From assembly GCF_009914755.1 (NCBI RefSeq), contig NC_060925.1: a stretch of DNA of 64,000 bases. One strand, given 5' to 3'. The notes under the pieces are model-generated. The model saw nothing but the letters and a program-made list of their open reading frames with translations, had not been told where the DNA came from and did not search any database. Within the stretch, counting starts at the first letter, position 1; every line of letters starts with the position of its first letter. Shown piece after piece: positions 41,815 through 61,035 of this stretch. The DNA is from the human T2T-CHM13v2.0 reference genome, Homo sapiens. A program made the translations under genes and the position numbers.

Positions 41815-42827
41815 TTAAAACTATATATTATATTCTAACTTCAACATAAGAGATGCTGTAGATTATCTGGTATTTAGTGCTGTTGTTCACACCATTTACA
41901 AATCTCTTCCCATAGTACCACTAATTAAAATGTAAGGATGTATTATATTCTCAAAAATAGTATTCATAGACCTGATATAATTTAACTACTTTAAGATTTT
42001 TCTAAAATTATTTCAAAATCATACACTATATGCCAAATGTTCTCTAAAACTGAGGTTTAAATAATTCTTTATTCAAATTATTTCTCAAATGTTTCAGCAC
42101 TGAACTAGGCACCAGGTATAGACACTATTATTTCATCCCCGGTGCCTAGATAGGGCCTGGCGTATGGTCAACACTCAGTAAATACTTCACAGGGGAAATG
42201 AATGAATTCTCCCTTTAACTAAAAAGATAATTAGATCAGTCTTTCTCTTTGCAGTATGTAGTAAGAGCTATATAAAAAAGTAGCTGTAATTTAGAGTGAA
42301 TAAATTAAAATCTGTAAATAAAAAAATCTGTGCTTTACTAAGACAGGGAAAGCAAACCAGATGGGAAGAGGAGAAATTAAAAGGAGTCTGACAAATTCCA
42401 CCCAAGCAAAAGATGCAGACAATGAAGACAACTTCCCCCAAAGAGCATTAATCAGATTTCTTAAGTGATTAACAATTTGTGAATTCTGCAAACTCAGAAA
42501 AAAATAAAAGCAGAGAGTTAGTGAATCAATAAATAAGCAGAAAAACAGTATTACAAAACCTTAGATACCTCCTTAAAAAAAGCTCCATGAAATTCACTAA
42601 AAATACAGGAATTAAAATACAATAATTTTTTTTTTAACCTGAGAGATCTTCAAACATCTCACAAACATGTCACAAGAAAGGGTCAAGAGGAAAACTATTA
42701 ATCTCTCCAATGAAACATTTAAAGTTTCATGTACTTTATAGACATATGATTTCTTCAAAATCATAAATTAAAAATATCTATCGACCTTACATAGAATAAT
42801 TCTACCCAAGCTTGAAACAAAATATTA

Positions 42828-43142
<315 letters not shown>

Positions 43143-43589
43143 TTATACTTTAAAGGCAACACTAGAAAAACTAAGCTAAAACAAATACTGCAAAAGTCAC
43201 TTATAGAATACTGGTAATAGAAAGCAGTCTTTAAAATAAGCAAAGAAACTTTAATTTCTTTATTCAGACTTTTCACTTCCAACTTTTCACTATCCATTTT
43301 TCTGATGTTATGCTGCACACCTAGACTCACTCCTTCTGATAAGTGTTTCTGCTTCTTTATACATTTTCTAATCATCAGTACATTCAAGTACTTCCCCCAA
43401 GAAGCACCATGGTTTTTGTATTATTGAAGGAAAAATGTGTTTGCCTAAATAATTTTTCATATTTAGTATGAATAAATCACAATAACATATAGTGTTCTGA
43501 ATCTGAATCAGAATCAAACATTCAGGCAGAAGTAACTTTTCTATGAAATTTTGATAACACAAGTGATATGATAAAGGGAAAAAGCATAC

Positions 43590-43680
43590 CTGTTGCCTTT
43601 TCTTCTTGGACAGGTATCTTCCATACCAGTGGAAGGAGAGACAGAAGAAGAGTCAGGAGTTCTTCTCTACATGTCAATGC
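43590..43680 (-). CDS. LYST: LYST exon 4 (91 nt; [30 protein letters not shown])
   Basis: GACATAG| acceptor, CAG|GTATGC donor; keeps frame between exons 3 and 5; not in the ORF track. Confidence 0.95.
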
Positions 43681-44139
43681 CTATGTCAGTAACAAAAGAA
43701 TCCTTCATGTTCTAAGGCGATAAGACACATCAGTTCCTAATGTCTTGTCTTAAACTGAACCAAAAAATCCTTTTTCTTGAAAGTCTGCATTTGAAAAGCT
43801 AAGAATCAAATTAACCTATCTTCAATCCAGTTAAAGCTGTGATACTTTTAAGTTTATAAGCCTTTCTAATGATAGAAGAATCTAAGAGTATTTGACAGTA
43901 TTTAGCACACTCTTGCTGATATTTCCAAAAATAGCTGTTATTACCACCATGCACATTGCAAGAATTCCTCACCTATGAAGAAACAGATTTGCTAGGTGAA
44001 AATGAAAAGTCAAGCCCTATTAATTAGCAAAGCAATGCTACAAAGTTACTAGAAAAATGTGAAGCCTTCATGCAGTTAAATGAAAAACTCAGAGACGATT
44101 TTAAAAGAGAAATTGACATTATTAATAAATAATATATAA

Positions 44140-46150
44140 GGAGAGAAAGACTTATTAGTGAATGTAATCCAATAAATATTTATTGACTGCATACTATGTC
44201 CACAAAAATACTGTCTTACCCTTTCTGGAGGATATGGTCCAAGCCCTGGAGAAGGTCCCCTCATTTGGTCCATAAAATACATACACATAAACAGTTAAAG
44301 AACAGCAGAAGGCATGTAGTATGAGTAAGTATCCAGGGGTGGTAGAAGCATTCAGTTTAGGAGTTCAGAAAAAGGAGCAGTCATTATCAGAAGTATGGAA
44401 GGAGAATGGGAGCTAGAGAGCTAGACCTGGGACACCTGGGACATGGGTAGTAAAGGATTTAACGACAAATCAAGTTTGAGTTCTCGCCTTACACCAATCA
44501 GTGGGAGAGGGGGTCGCATGATGACACAATCAGATTTGCTGAACAGAATTAGTTGGAAGGGGAAGCAGTGTTAGAGGCAGGGTAACAATAATCCAGATGA
44601 GAGAGATGATGACTTTCTGAAGTACTCCAACAACAGAAGGGAAAAGGAGACATATTTGAGAAACTGTAAGGTAGAACTAAAATAACTTGCAGTTGATTAT
44701 CTATGGCACATAAGGGAGAAAAGAAAAGATCTAAAAGGACCCACAGGTTACTGGTTTCAGCATCTAGGTAGCTGATAATGTATTCACCAAGACAGGAAAT
44801 TTACAAGTGGTATTAGGTTGGGATAAAGATGATGGATTCACTTTTCAGACATATGGAGTCTGAGACGTCTATGCACTATCCTAATGAAGACAGCTTTTTA
44901 GTAGACAGTAAATATATAGATCTGGAACTTAAAAAAATATGAAGTAAATAACAAGATTTAGGAGTAATTGGGGTGGAAGGCAAGAAGATATGTGAATTTT
45001 CCCAGGGTGAGAATATAGAATGACAATAGAAGACCATCAAGAATGAAACTCCGGACTTTAAAGACTTAAAGATGGGCAATGCTAAAGAAAAGGCTGAAAA
45101 GGCTTCTATTGAAAAATAGCCCCAAGAAAGAGAAGTACAACCAGAGAAACCAAGGAAGAGACCAGTTCAGGAAAGAAAGGAGTCAGCAGGGCCAAAGCTG
45201 TTGCCCTTTCACTGTGTGACATGATGGCCGAAAAGCATTTAGTAACTGGAATGCCCCTTAACTAACGGCTTTAATGGAGTGATTTGACTGCAACTCCAAT
45301 TACAATAGGCTGAGGAGTCAAAGGAAGTGAGAAAGTAAAGACAGGACATTCAGACTACTCCTTCTGGTGTCCTGGTTGTGAAAAGGCTCAGAATTCTTCA
45401 AAAAAGGGGTTTAGTAAAATCTAAACCCCTTTTTAGGTATAGAAAACCCTTCACGGCAATGATTCCTGTTGAGCTGTCCAGTGTCAGCTCCCTCTGCCAC
45501 ACATGAGCCCTCCGCATACATCTAGCTGGTAAAGGTTTCCCCTGAAAACTACTGGTCTCTGTGCTCCCAATAGGTCTTCCTCACATACACTGTTTCTGCA
45601 ATTCTCCATCCCCATCCTCCCATCTGCCAAACTGCAACTCATTCTCTAGGTTTTTAGTTCCTCTGTGGGGAGACTTCTCTAACACCCTACCTGCTTCCCT
45701 TAGTAAACTTAGCTTTCATGTTCCTGATTTGCTTCCATTCCAGCAAACACCCTGCTGAAGTGTTACTGTCTGAATGCCCATTTTCCTCTTTTATCCGTTA
45801 AACAAATATTTCTTGATCCCCCTACTAAACAGGCCAGGCACTGTGTCAGGTACTTCAAATGCTGTAGTGAACACAATATCCATATCCTCATGAAGCCTAC
45901 TTCCTAGCACAGGAGACAGAAAATAATGGGTAAAAATAAGAAAATTTCAGATATAATGTTGTGCTATGAAGGAAATTATCTAGGAAAGAGATTACAGAGT
46001 GACAAAAAGGGTAACATTTTAGACAGGCTATTTAGGATGGGCTATTTGAGCAGATACTTAATTGATGAGAAGAAGGAATCCATGAAAAGATTTGGAGGAA
46101 AAGGGCTCCTAGCAAGTATATGAAGTGCTGGGAATGGGTTTGGCTTTTTC
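44140..46150. mobile_element. Degenerate L2 fragments
   Basis: AAATATTTATTGA...CCAGGCACTGTG motifs and purine-rich L2 body; boundaries approximate. Confidence 0.55.
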
Positions 46151-46164
46151 ATAGAAAGCAAGAC

Positions 46165-48500
<2,336 letters not shown>

Positions 48501-50186
48501 TGTTACCACAAAAATGATCTATTCATTAAGAGTTTGAAGGAATCCACTGGCAATAGAATTGTCCCTTAAGCCCTTGAAGGAGAAAATACGTAAGTTTTAC
48601 AATATTTTCTGTGATGATTTTTTGAGATTTATACACACATGTCAATTTTGCAATGTACATCTTTCCAGAAATTTGTCATTTCATGATTATTTTTGTCACT
48701 TCATGATTATAATTAACTTTAATCATTTCATGATTATTTTCATGATTATTTTAACTTAGGAATTATATATTACAACTTTTTTTAAAAAAGAAAGAAGGAG
48801 AGTGGCTGAAACATACATACCAAGAGGGAGAGGGCTAGGAGACAAGGCTGGAGGGTGTAGGTTGGACAGGTAGGCAGTGTCAGATCTAATGGGCCCTTGT
48901 GGACCACATAAAGGAGTTCAGGTTTATCTCTAAATATGATGGGAAACTTTCCCAAACATACTTCTCAGTCTTCTCTCAGGGCATGGACTCCAGGGCTCAG
49001 GCCCTAGTCCTCAGCAATCACCCCCTTTTCTGCCACCCAACACCTAACATGGAGTTGGGTATTCAATAACCATTCACTGCATGAATGACTTTAAATTTTA
49101 GATGCAAAATAAAACATATAAAAGGGCCCCATTTCCATGTGCTTTACTTCCAAATAATAAAACTAAAGATGTACAGATAACATTTCCATGTATAGCTCAT
49201 ACTCAGTATACCTCAACATTTTTAAAGATGCCAATAAAAATGTACATGGTCTTTTAAAAAAAAAAAAGATAAACCAATTTTTGGCATATCTTTCCGGTAG
49301 AGTCCTCCTAATCTGAGTCTTTATCTTTGGCAGGTGAACTAATAGCATTCTAATGGAGCTTGCAGAAACCTCAAGGGTCTGAGAAAGTGCTACGGACACG
49401 CTGTACTGATAATTCAGCCCTTGCTCCACATACTGGCAAATCACCACTGCTGCGTAAACAGGCATTCCTGACTCCTGGCAGAGGTCTGCATGACACAAGG
49501 TCCTTCCCACTCAGATGAGGGCTTCTCACCTACCTTCAAGGCTCAGACCCAGCAACACCTCTTCTGTGGAGCTTCTCCTCCCACACGAACCCAAGATTGC
49601 TGTTCTCCCCCTCAAGAGAAAGGAAGAACATTCCTGTTGCCCCCATTTCACCAAGTGAGTTAGTTCTTGCAAACCATGGGCCTTGAAAGAATGAGAATGA
49701 GGCAAGTGCAGATGTTTGGGTTTTGGCCCCTCTGCTGGAATTGTAGTCCTGAAGAGGGCATCCCACACCACCCTGATGCCCAATATAGCACTGGGGGAAA
49801 CGAGTCTTTCCTTCACATTTCATTACCACAATTTCAAACACAATTCATCATTGGGGAAGTTCTCTTCAATCCTCTGGGTGCATTACTTTTTTATTAATAT
49901 CTGGGTATCATTTATTCCCAGATTTATCCTCTCTGGTCCCAAAGAAACCACATTTGTAATTCTGTCCTTTTAGAAGTGATAAAATCCTTTACTCTTAATT
50001 TGTGGGCACCCTGGCAAATTAGAACTTGCAGCCCTCTATTTCAAACCAAGATCTTATCTCCCAAGTTTTATCTCCCAAGGTCCTTTGTACACACAATAGT
50101 CACAGAATCCAGGGGAATGAGGTGTTCCCTCATGACATCCAAGTGGGAAGTTCCCAATGTGCCATATTAGACAATATATGCCATGA

Positions 50187-50563
<377 letters not shown>

Positions 50564-50958
50564 AATACTTACATCTTTATGTCTTCCTTTCTACAGGGAA
50601 AATAACTGTGTTACACCTTTATAAAATTCCCCATAGAAACAACAAACAGTAAAGTAACTTTCATTGAGGTATTTTTCCATTCAAGAAACATATTTCAAGT
50701 ACCAACAAGGTGCCAGGCACTGGCCCTTTTCATAACTATTGTTTAGACTGGGTTTTAAACTAATTGCCTAACCTAGCCATTCAGAAGTAGAAGTGGTGGG
50801 ATGGGAGTAAATGGGCAAGTGAGTCAAAGGGGAAAGGGCTGAGATCACAAACCGGACTGATGTCTAGGAAGCTGCACAGGCAGATGGGCACCAGATGGCT
50901 AGGGTTCAAGGACTTCTGGATGACATGATAAGGAACTTGGACTCTATCCAGAATGTGA

Positions 50959-51288
<330 letters not shown>

Positions 51289-51771
51289 TAATAGGTATTT
51301 CTGATATTACATTAAATCTGTATCTTGACATGCTAATTAAATTTGATTTTCCATGCATAAGCAGGAATATATGTGTATGGACTATTTAAGTCCTTTATTT
51401 CTTCTATCAGAATTTTATAATTATTTCTAATATATGTGTATATACACATATATGAAAGTTTCTACATTAGTACTACAAATAGGATCTTTCTCTTTCCTTT
51501 TCTTTTCTAGCTGTATAGCTGCAGCTAAAAACAAACATCTTTGCCTTATACTCTACAACTTTGTTGAAAAGTTTTCTGGATGAGTTCTTGGATTTTTCTG
51601 TTCACATTACTTTAAAAAATAGTATTTTTATTTCTCCATCTTTCCCACATTTAGCTTTCATATTCCACTTTACCACTACATGTATTTAAAACATAATATC
51701 AAATGGAAATAGTAATAAAGAATTATGCTTGTATTGGTCCCACGTAGAACTTCTTATTAAAAATATTATTG

Positions 51772-52081
51772 GCATCTGAGCATGGTGGCTCATGCCTACA
51801 ATCCCAGCACTTTGGGAGGCCAAGGGGGGTGGTTGCTTGAGCTCAGGAGCTTGAAAACAGTCTGGGCAACACGGTGAAACCCCATCTGTACAAAAAATAC
51901 AAAAATTAGCTGGGCATAGTGATACATGCCTGTAATCACAGCTATTTGGGAGGCTGAGGTGGGAGGATTGCTTGCGCCTGGGAGGCAGAGGTTGCAGAGG
52001 GCTGAGATTGTGCCAATGCCCTCCAGCCTGCATGACAGAGTCTTTTTTTCTGAGACCCTGCCTCGAAAAAGAAAAAAAAAA
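51772..52081 (+). mobile_element. AluJ-like
   Basis: Alu consensus. Confidence 0.88.
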
Positions 52082-52237
52082 TTGGTTCTTCTAATCTTTG
52101 TATATGAAAGAAATCCTCTATTCGAAGCTTAATTTGTTTTTAGACCTTTTATCAAATGTTTTTGATGAGTCAGGATAGTTATATGTACTGTTTTTCCCAG
52201 TGATAAACATTATGCTAACAGTTTTTCTTGAATTAGA

Positions 52238-52435
52238 CCAGGAATTGCAACCTTTTTATATAAAGAACCAGATAGTAAATATTTTAGACTTGGTGAGTCA
52301 TATATGGTCTCTGTTGCATATTCTTCTGTTTAACAACCCTTTAAAAATGCAAAAACTATTCTTAGCTTGTACATTGTACAAAACAAGTCAATGGCAACAG
52401 GATTGGCCTGTAGGCCGTAGTTTGCTCAGCCTGCT
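52238..52435. mobile_element. MER58-like DNA transposon
   Basis: CCAGATAGTAAATATTTTAG...GGCCGTAGTTTGC. Confidence 0.75.
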
Positions 52436-52499
52436 CCCATTCTGCCCCACCTCCCCTGCAGGCAAAGAGTGGTTATTAAATGGCCATAATACTCTTTGT

Positions 52500-53735
52500 T
52501 AAGACTCCAGAAAGACTTAGGTGGTGCCTAGTACACCCTATCACCTAGACAAAAGTACTACTAGGAATCTTCAGGGGATTGTTCTGCACAAAGCAGAGAG
52601 GGCTGTCTCAAAGGCTATTATAGATGTGGCTTTTGAGGCATAGAGTGAACCCCACTAAGATTCACAGGAAACTCACAACATTTTAAAGAAAGTTGGTTAT
52701 TAAAAAATACTAACAGCTTGGCCTAAAAGGGATAGGATAGAGACAGCTCAAAATGAAAAAAGGCCTCTGGGCGCCCACTCTTCAACAGGCAGGAAGCAGG
52801 GTGAGAAAGCTGTATATTATGGGCTAATTGTTATAGAAAAGAGAAGACACCTCATAGGGTGGAACCAAGAGTCCTGGAGAAACATGGATTAGGGAACCAC
52901 TCCCACAGAAGATAATTATATTCCCAGACCCTAGAACAGGGGCCATGACAACATGTGCTGACTGGATTTCAGGACTGCTATGGCCGAGAGATGGCTATGT
53001 TCCTCTCCTGTCCCTCTTCTTACTACAATTAACTTACTCCTATCTCATTATTGTATATAGGGCATATGCGGAGCAGATAACCTGTCTAATTCACAAGTTT
53101 CTCAATCAAGAAGAGCTGCAACAAAATTACTACATGTGAAAGCCTCATGTGTATCCAGAACTGATGCATACCATGAGATCATCAATTCAACCCTGAGGTC
53201 ATGATGGAATAATATACTTCAAGAGGCGTAGAGGGGAGTGAGTGTAGGAGGAATAATAATAATTTTGGTCAGAGAAGAGACCATGGTAGCTTAAACACAG
53301 CCACAAATTAATTGCAGTTCCTCCTATCAAGTGATAGAGTCTATTTCCCCATCCCTTAAATCTGAGCTCAACTTGTGACTAGCTTTGACCAATACAATGT
53401 GATCAACATGTTGTTATGTGACTTCTTGCAGCTTCTGCACCCTCTTGGAATGTTTCCACTATCATGTAAAGAAGCTGAGTCTAGCCTACTGAAAGATGAG
53501 AAGCCATGTGGATGAGAACTGAGGCTGGCCAACAGCCCCACCCAATAGCCCTCAGTTAATCTGCTAACTGACTGCAAACTCAGATGTAAGACCAGCTGAT
53601 ACCTCAAGGAGCCAAAGTGGCTATTCCAGCTGAGCCATGCCAGAACTGCCAACTCAACAGAATCATGAGCAAAGAAATCATTGTTTTATGCCACTAAGTT
53701 TTGGAACATGGTCTGTTACACCACAATCAACTGAT
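52500..53735. mobile_element. MLT1-like MaLR LTR/internal fragment
   Basis: CTTGTGACTAGCTTTGACCAATA...CCACTAAGTTTTGG motifs. Confidence 0.6.
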
Positions 53736-55309
53736 ATATTCATTGCTTCAATCAGTCTGGGTGGATAATTGGGGGATTAATTAAAACGGGAATAATTCAA
53801 TGAATTATCTACTCTCCATGGATAGCACCACTGTCGAGTGGTTAAGATTTCCACTGTGATCACACTCTCACTACTCCAAGAAGTAGGAATGCCAACATCC
53901 CCTACATCCTCTCATTCCTGTCAGACCAATCATGCATAGATAGAACTAGGTTTGTGTGTGAACAGAAACTGCAGAACTAGATATAGTAAATTAATGCTCA
54001 TTTATTATTACCTTTACTATATTTAAAAGTTTGCATTATTCTCCTATTGAAACAACTCTTGCCAATTTTACCATTAACTCACTTGTCAAATCTGAAGAAT
54101 AATTCTCATTGCCTATTCCCTTGCTTTAAAATTTCCCCAATGTTTTCAGAATAAAATTAAGACTTCTTAACATGGTATACAAGGCTTGCCATGTCATGGC
54201 CTCTGCCCTTCAGGTCTCCCCATTAGCCAATCCCCGTTTTACCAAAAGCAAAGCAAAGTTCAGCCTTCGCTGTAACTTCACTAAACTACTTGTAGTTCAT
54301 TGAATGTGCTGTGTTTTCTCTAGCCCCCGTGTTTTTTCATGTGCAATTCTTCTGGTCTGGTGTTTCCTGCCTCTTTACATCGCCAATTCCTACTTAGGGA
54401 TGTCAATATCTAAGAAGCAGTTCCTGATGACCCCTCTCCACTACATTCACCAAATACTTTTTACACTGTTTTGTCATCATTTATTTACCTATCTCTTCAA
54501 AAGCGAAGAGCTCCTGGTAAAGACAGTCGCTGTCCTTTCATCTCCGCATCTAGCAGAGGTGCTGGGCCATAGTAGGTACTTAATGGTCTGCTGAGTAAAG
54601 CAGTGAATAAACTGTAGCCACACTTCTAAAGGTCTGATATTGTTCTATTTATTTTATATATCACTACAGGTAGCCCATTTCAGCAGTACTATACATTGAA
54701 GTGATAATACTACAAAAATGTAGGAAGAATAAAGTACTCTCCTACATAGAAAATAGCCAAAGATTTTTAAAAACCTATTATAATGTTTGAATTATATTTT
54801 GTTCATAAATGTACAACCCTCTTTGGTAAAACTTCACATTTTACTCAGCAACATAAGTAACAACTTTATAAAACATCCACAGAGTGCAATAGGTATGGAA
54901 ATTATGTATCACTGAAATTTTAAAAAGTAGTATTTATAACACATGTTCATGTATACTAGTCCAATTTTGATATATATGTTGGCAATAGGGCATAGAAGAA
55001 ACCAGAAGCCATTATTTTCAAATATTACACAGAGACAATTTTTATACTGGAAGGATCCCTTAAGTCATCCAGCTGAATGTCCTTATGTTACTGATGAGGA
55101 CACTGTGCTCTGGAGCAATTAAGTGACTAAAGTCACTCATCTAGTTGATACGGGTGCCAAGATTAAAAGCAAAGATAGGCTGGGCATGGTGGTATGGTAG
55201 AAATATTCAACTTTGTCATCTTTAACCATTAAAAAGAATGTTTTTGATATTTAAAAAGAGTATTTTCCCCTGAGAATAAGTAGATTAAAATTTCTGTGTA
55301 TAATAAATT

Positions 55310-59070
<3,761 letters not shown>

Positions 59071-59540
59071 TTAATAATGCTGTTATTAAGATTTTGATTG
59101 GGATTAAATTGGGATCTATAGATTTGGAGAAAACATGTATGTTTATAATATTGATTCTTTCAATACATGAACATTATATAATGCTCCAATTATTTGGGTC
59201 TTCTTTAGTTTCTCTCAATAATGTTTTATAGAATTCCATGCAGAAGTACTGTACATATTTTATTAGAGTCATTCCTCGATATTTACTATTACTGATGCTA
59301 TTTATATGGTATATTTTAAAGAAGACAAAGCATTGAATTTTTTTATTGTGGGGAAGAACAGAGCATGGTGTACATATTAAATAATCAAAATTTCAAAATA
59401 AATCACTATACATGGTCTAACATGATTTTTTCTGATTTTAAATTTTATTTACAGAAAAGTCATACAAATATATAAAAATTATATTTAATCACTCATTTAA
59501 CAAATCACATTCATGAAAAAGAATAAAAATACATAAACTT

Positions 59541-59830
59541 GGCTGGGTGCAGTGGCTCACACCTGTAATCCCAGCACTTTGGGAGGCCAACGGGGGTAGA
59601 CTGCTTGAGGTCAGGAGTTTAAGATCAGCTGGTCAACACGGTGAAACCCCATCTCTACTGAAAATACAAAAATTCACTGGGTGTGGTGATGCACACTTGT
59701 AGTCCCGGCTACTTAGGTGGCTGAGACACAAGAATCACTTGAACCCGGAGGTGGAGGTTGCAGTCAGCCGAGATTGCACCACTGCACTCCAGCCTGGGCG
59801 ACAGAGCGAGACTCTGTGTCTCAAAAAAAA
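59541..59830 (+). mobile_element. AluS
   Basis: Alu consensus. Confidence 0.9.
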
Positions 59831-60843
59831 CCATAAACCTACAAATGTCCTGAAAATTCCATGACAAGTAAATGCTTCCTAATTTGTATTTGCTATGTTC
59901 CTTAGCTTACAGTGAAAACAGAAGTACTGTTTTAGTCTCCATATTTCCTCAATATATGTATTTATTAGCAAAATGCTTTCATAGCAAAGAAATTTTATTT
60001 AATGATGGCCAATTTTACATCTAAAGCTGGTAACATTCAAAGTGTTAAAAAAAATCCATCATATTGGTGTTACAAACACTTCATTATTTTTTCAACTAAC
60101 TATATTAATTAGTTCCCTGAAAGCAGATTGTAGAGTTTTACGATCACAAAATAATTATTCATTTTCTACTAAAATGAAATAAAGATATAAATCACATTTG
60201 GCCTTAAAATTAATTTATGTGAGTACTTAATGTTTCTGGATCTGTTTTCTCATCTGTAAAAGAAGGTTAGATGAAAACATCTAGTCTCAACTAGTTTTAA
60301 AACTCTGTTAATTTTATAATAAGAAAACAGCAAAACCATATGGTCATACCATACTTTAAGCCAAAAACGTTTGATAAATTAGATGTATACAAGCTAAAGG
60401 ACTCAGTAATTATTAGTTCACATAAAAGGTCTCTGCTTTCACTCCAGAATTAGCAGCCTCCAAAAATTTTTCAAAAACATACTTGATATTTATTGAAAAT
60501 GAAAATTCATCATGTTTCTGACATAAGATACAGGGATATAAGATTATGTCTTATATTTCTACTAAGAACCATAGTTATCTCACTGATATTACGATAAAAA
60601 GCATAGTATATATGAAACCATTTAGTTCTTAGGCAATTCATAATTCTAAGATATTTCAGACGTTTTGAAAGTATTCAAATAAACAATATGGTTATAAATA
60701 GGTCCACTTTTTTTTTAGTGGAATAATGTGAAAGACTGGACTTTATCTCAAGGAGGCTTCAGAAACTATGTAATCCAAAACCATGTAGCTACAGTTAACT
60801 ATCATATATTGATGAAAGTAAGTATTTGATATAAAAATGTTAC

Positions 60844-61035
60844 CTGATCAATTATAGAATTTAGCTTGGTAAGTAATAGAAATCCTCGACCATGGACAAG
60901 GTACTGTCCAAGGGTTGCCATGTGCGTCTCCTCCTCTTCTTCCTCCCTGGCCTCCACCCTCTGGACCACTGCATTGCAAAGCCGGTTGACATCGGTCAGA
61001 AATTCACGTGCCAGTGAGTTACTGTCGGTGCTCAT
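60844..61035 (-). CDS. LYST: LYST exon 3 coding part (codons 1-64); exon starts at 61042 with 7 nt of 5'UTR
   Basis: TTTTATAG|CTCGGTCATG acceptor plus start codon; CAG|GTAACA donor; 192 coding nt; REEEEEET acidic run. Confidence 0.97.

Noticed and set aside
42104-42150. CTAGGCACC/GGTGCCTAG inverted repeat
   Set aside because: Only 9 bp, within L2/MIR-like end sequence; expected by chance
48680-48755. Four TTCATGATTA repeats resembling a spacer array
   Set aside because: Irregular short AT-rich slippage repeat; not CRISPR-like, and the context is eukaryotic
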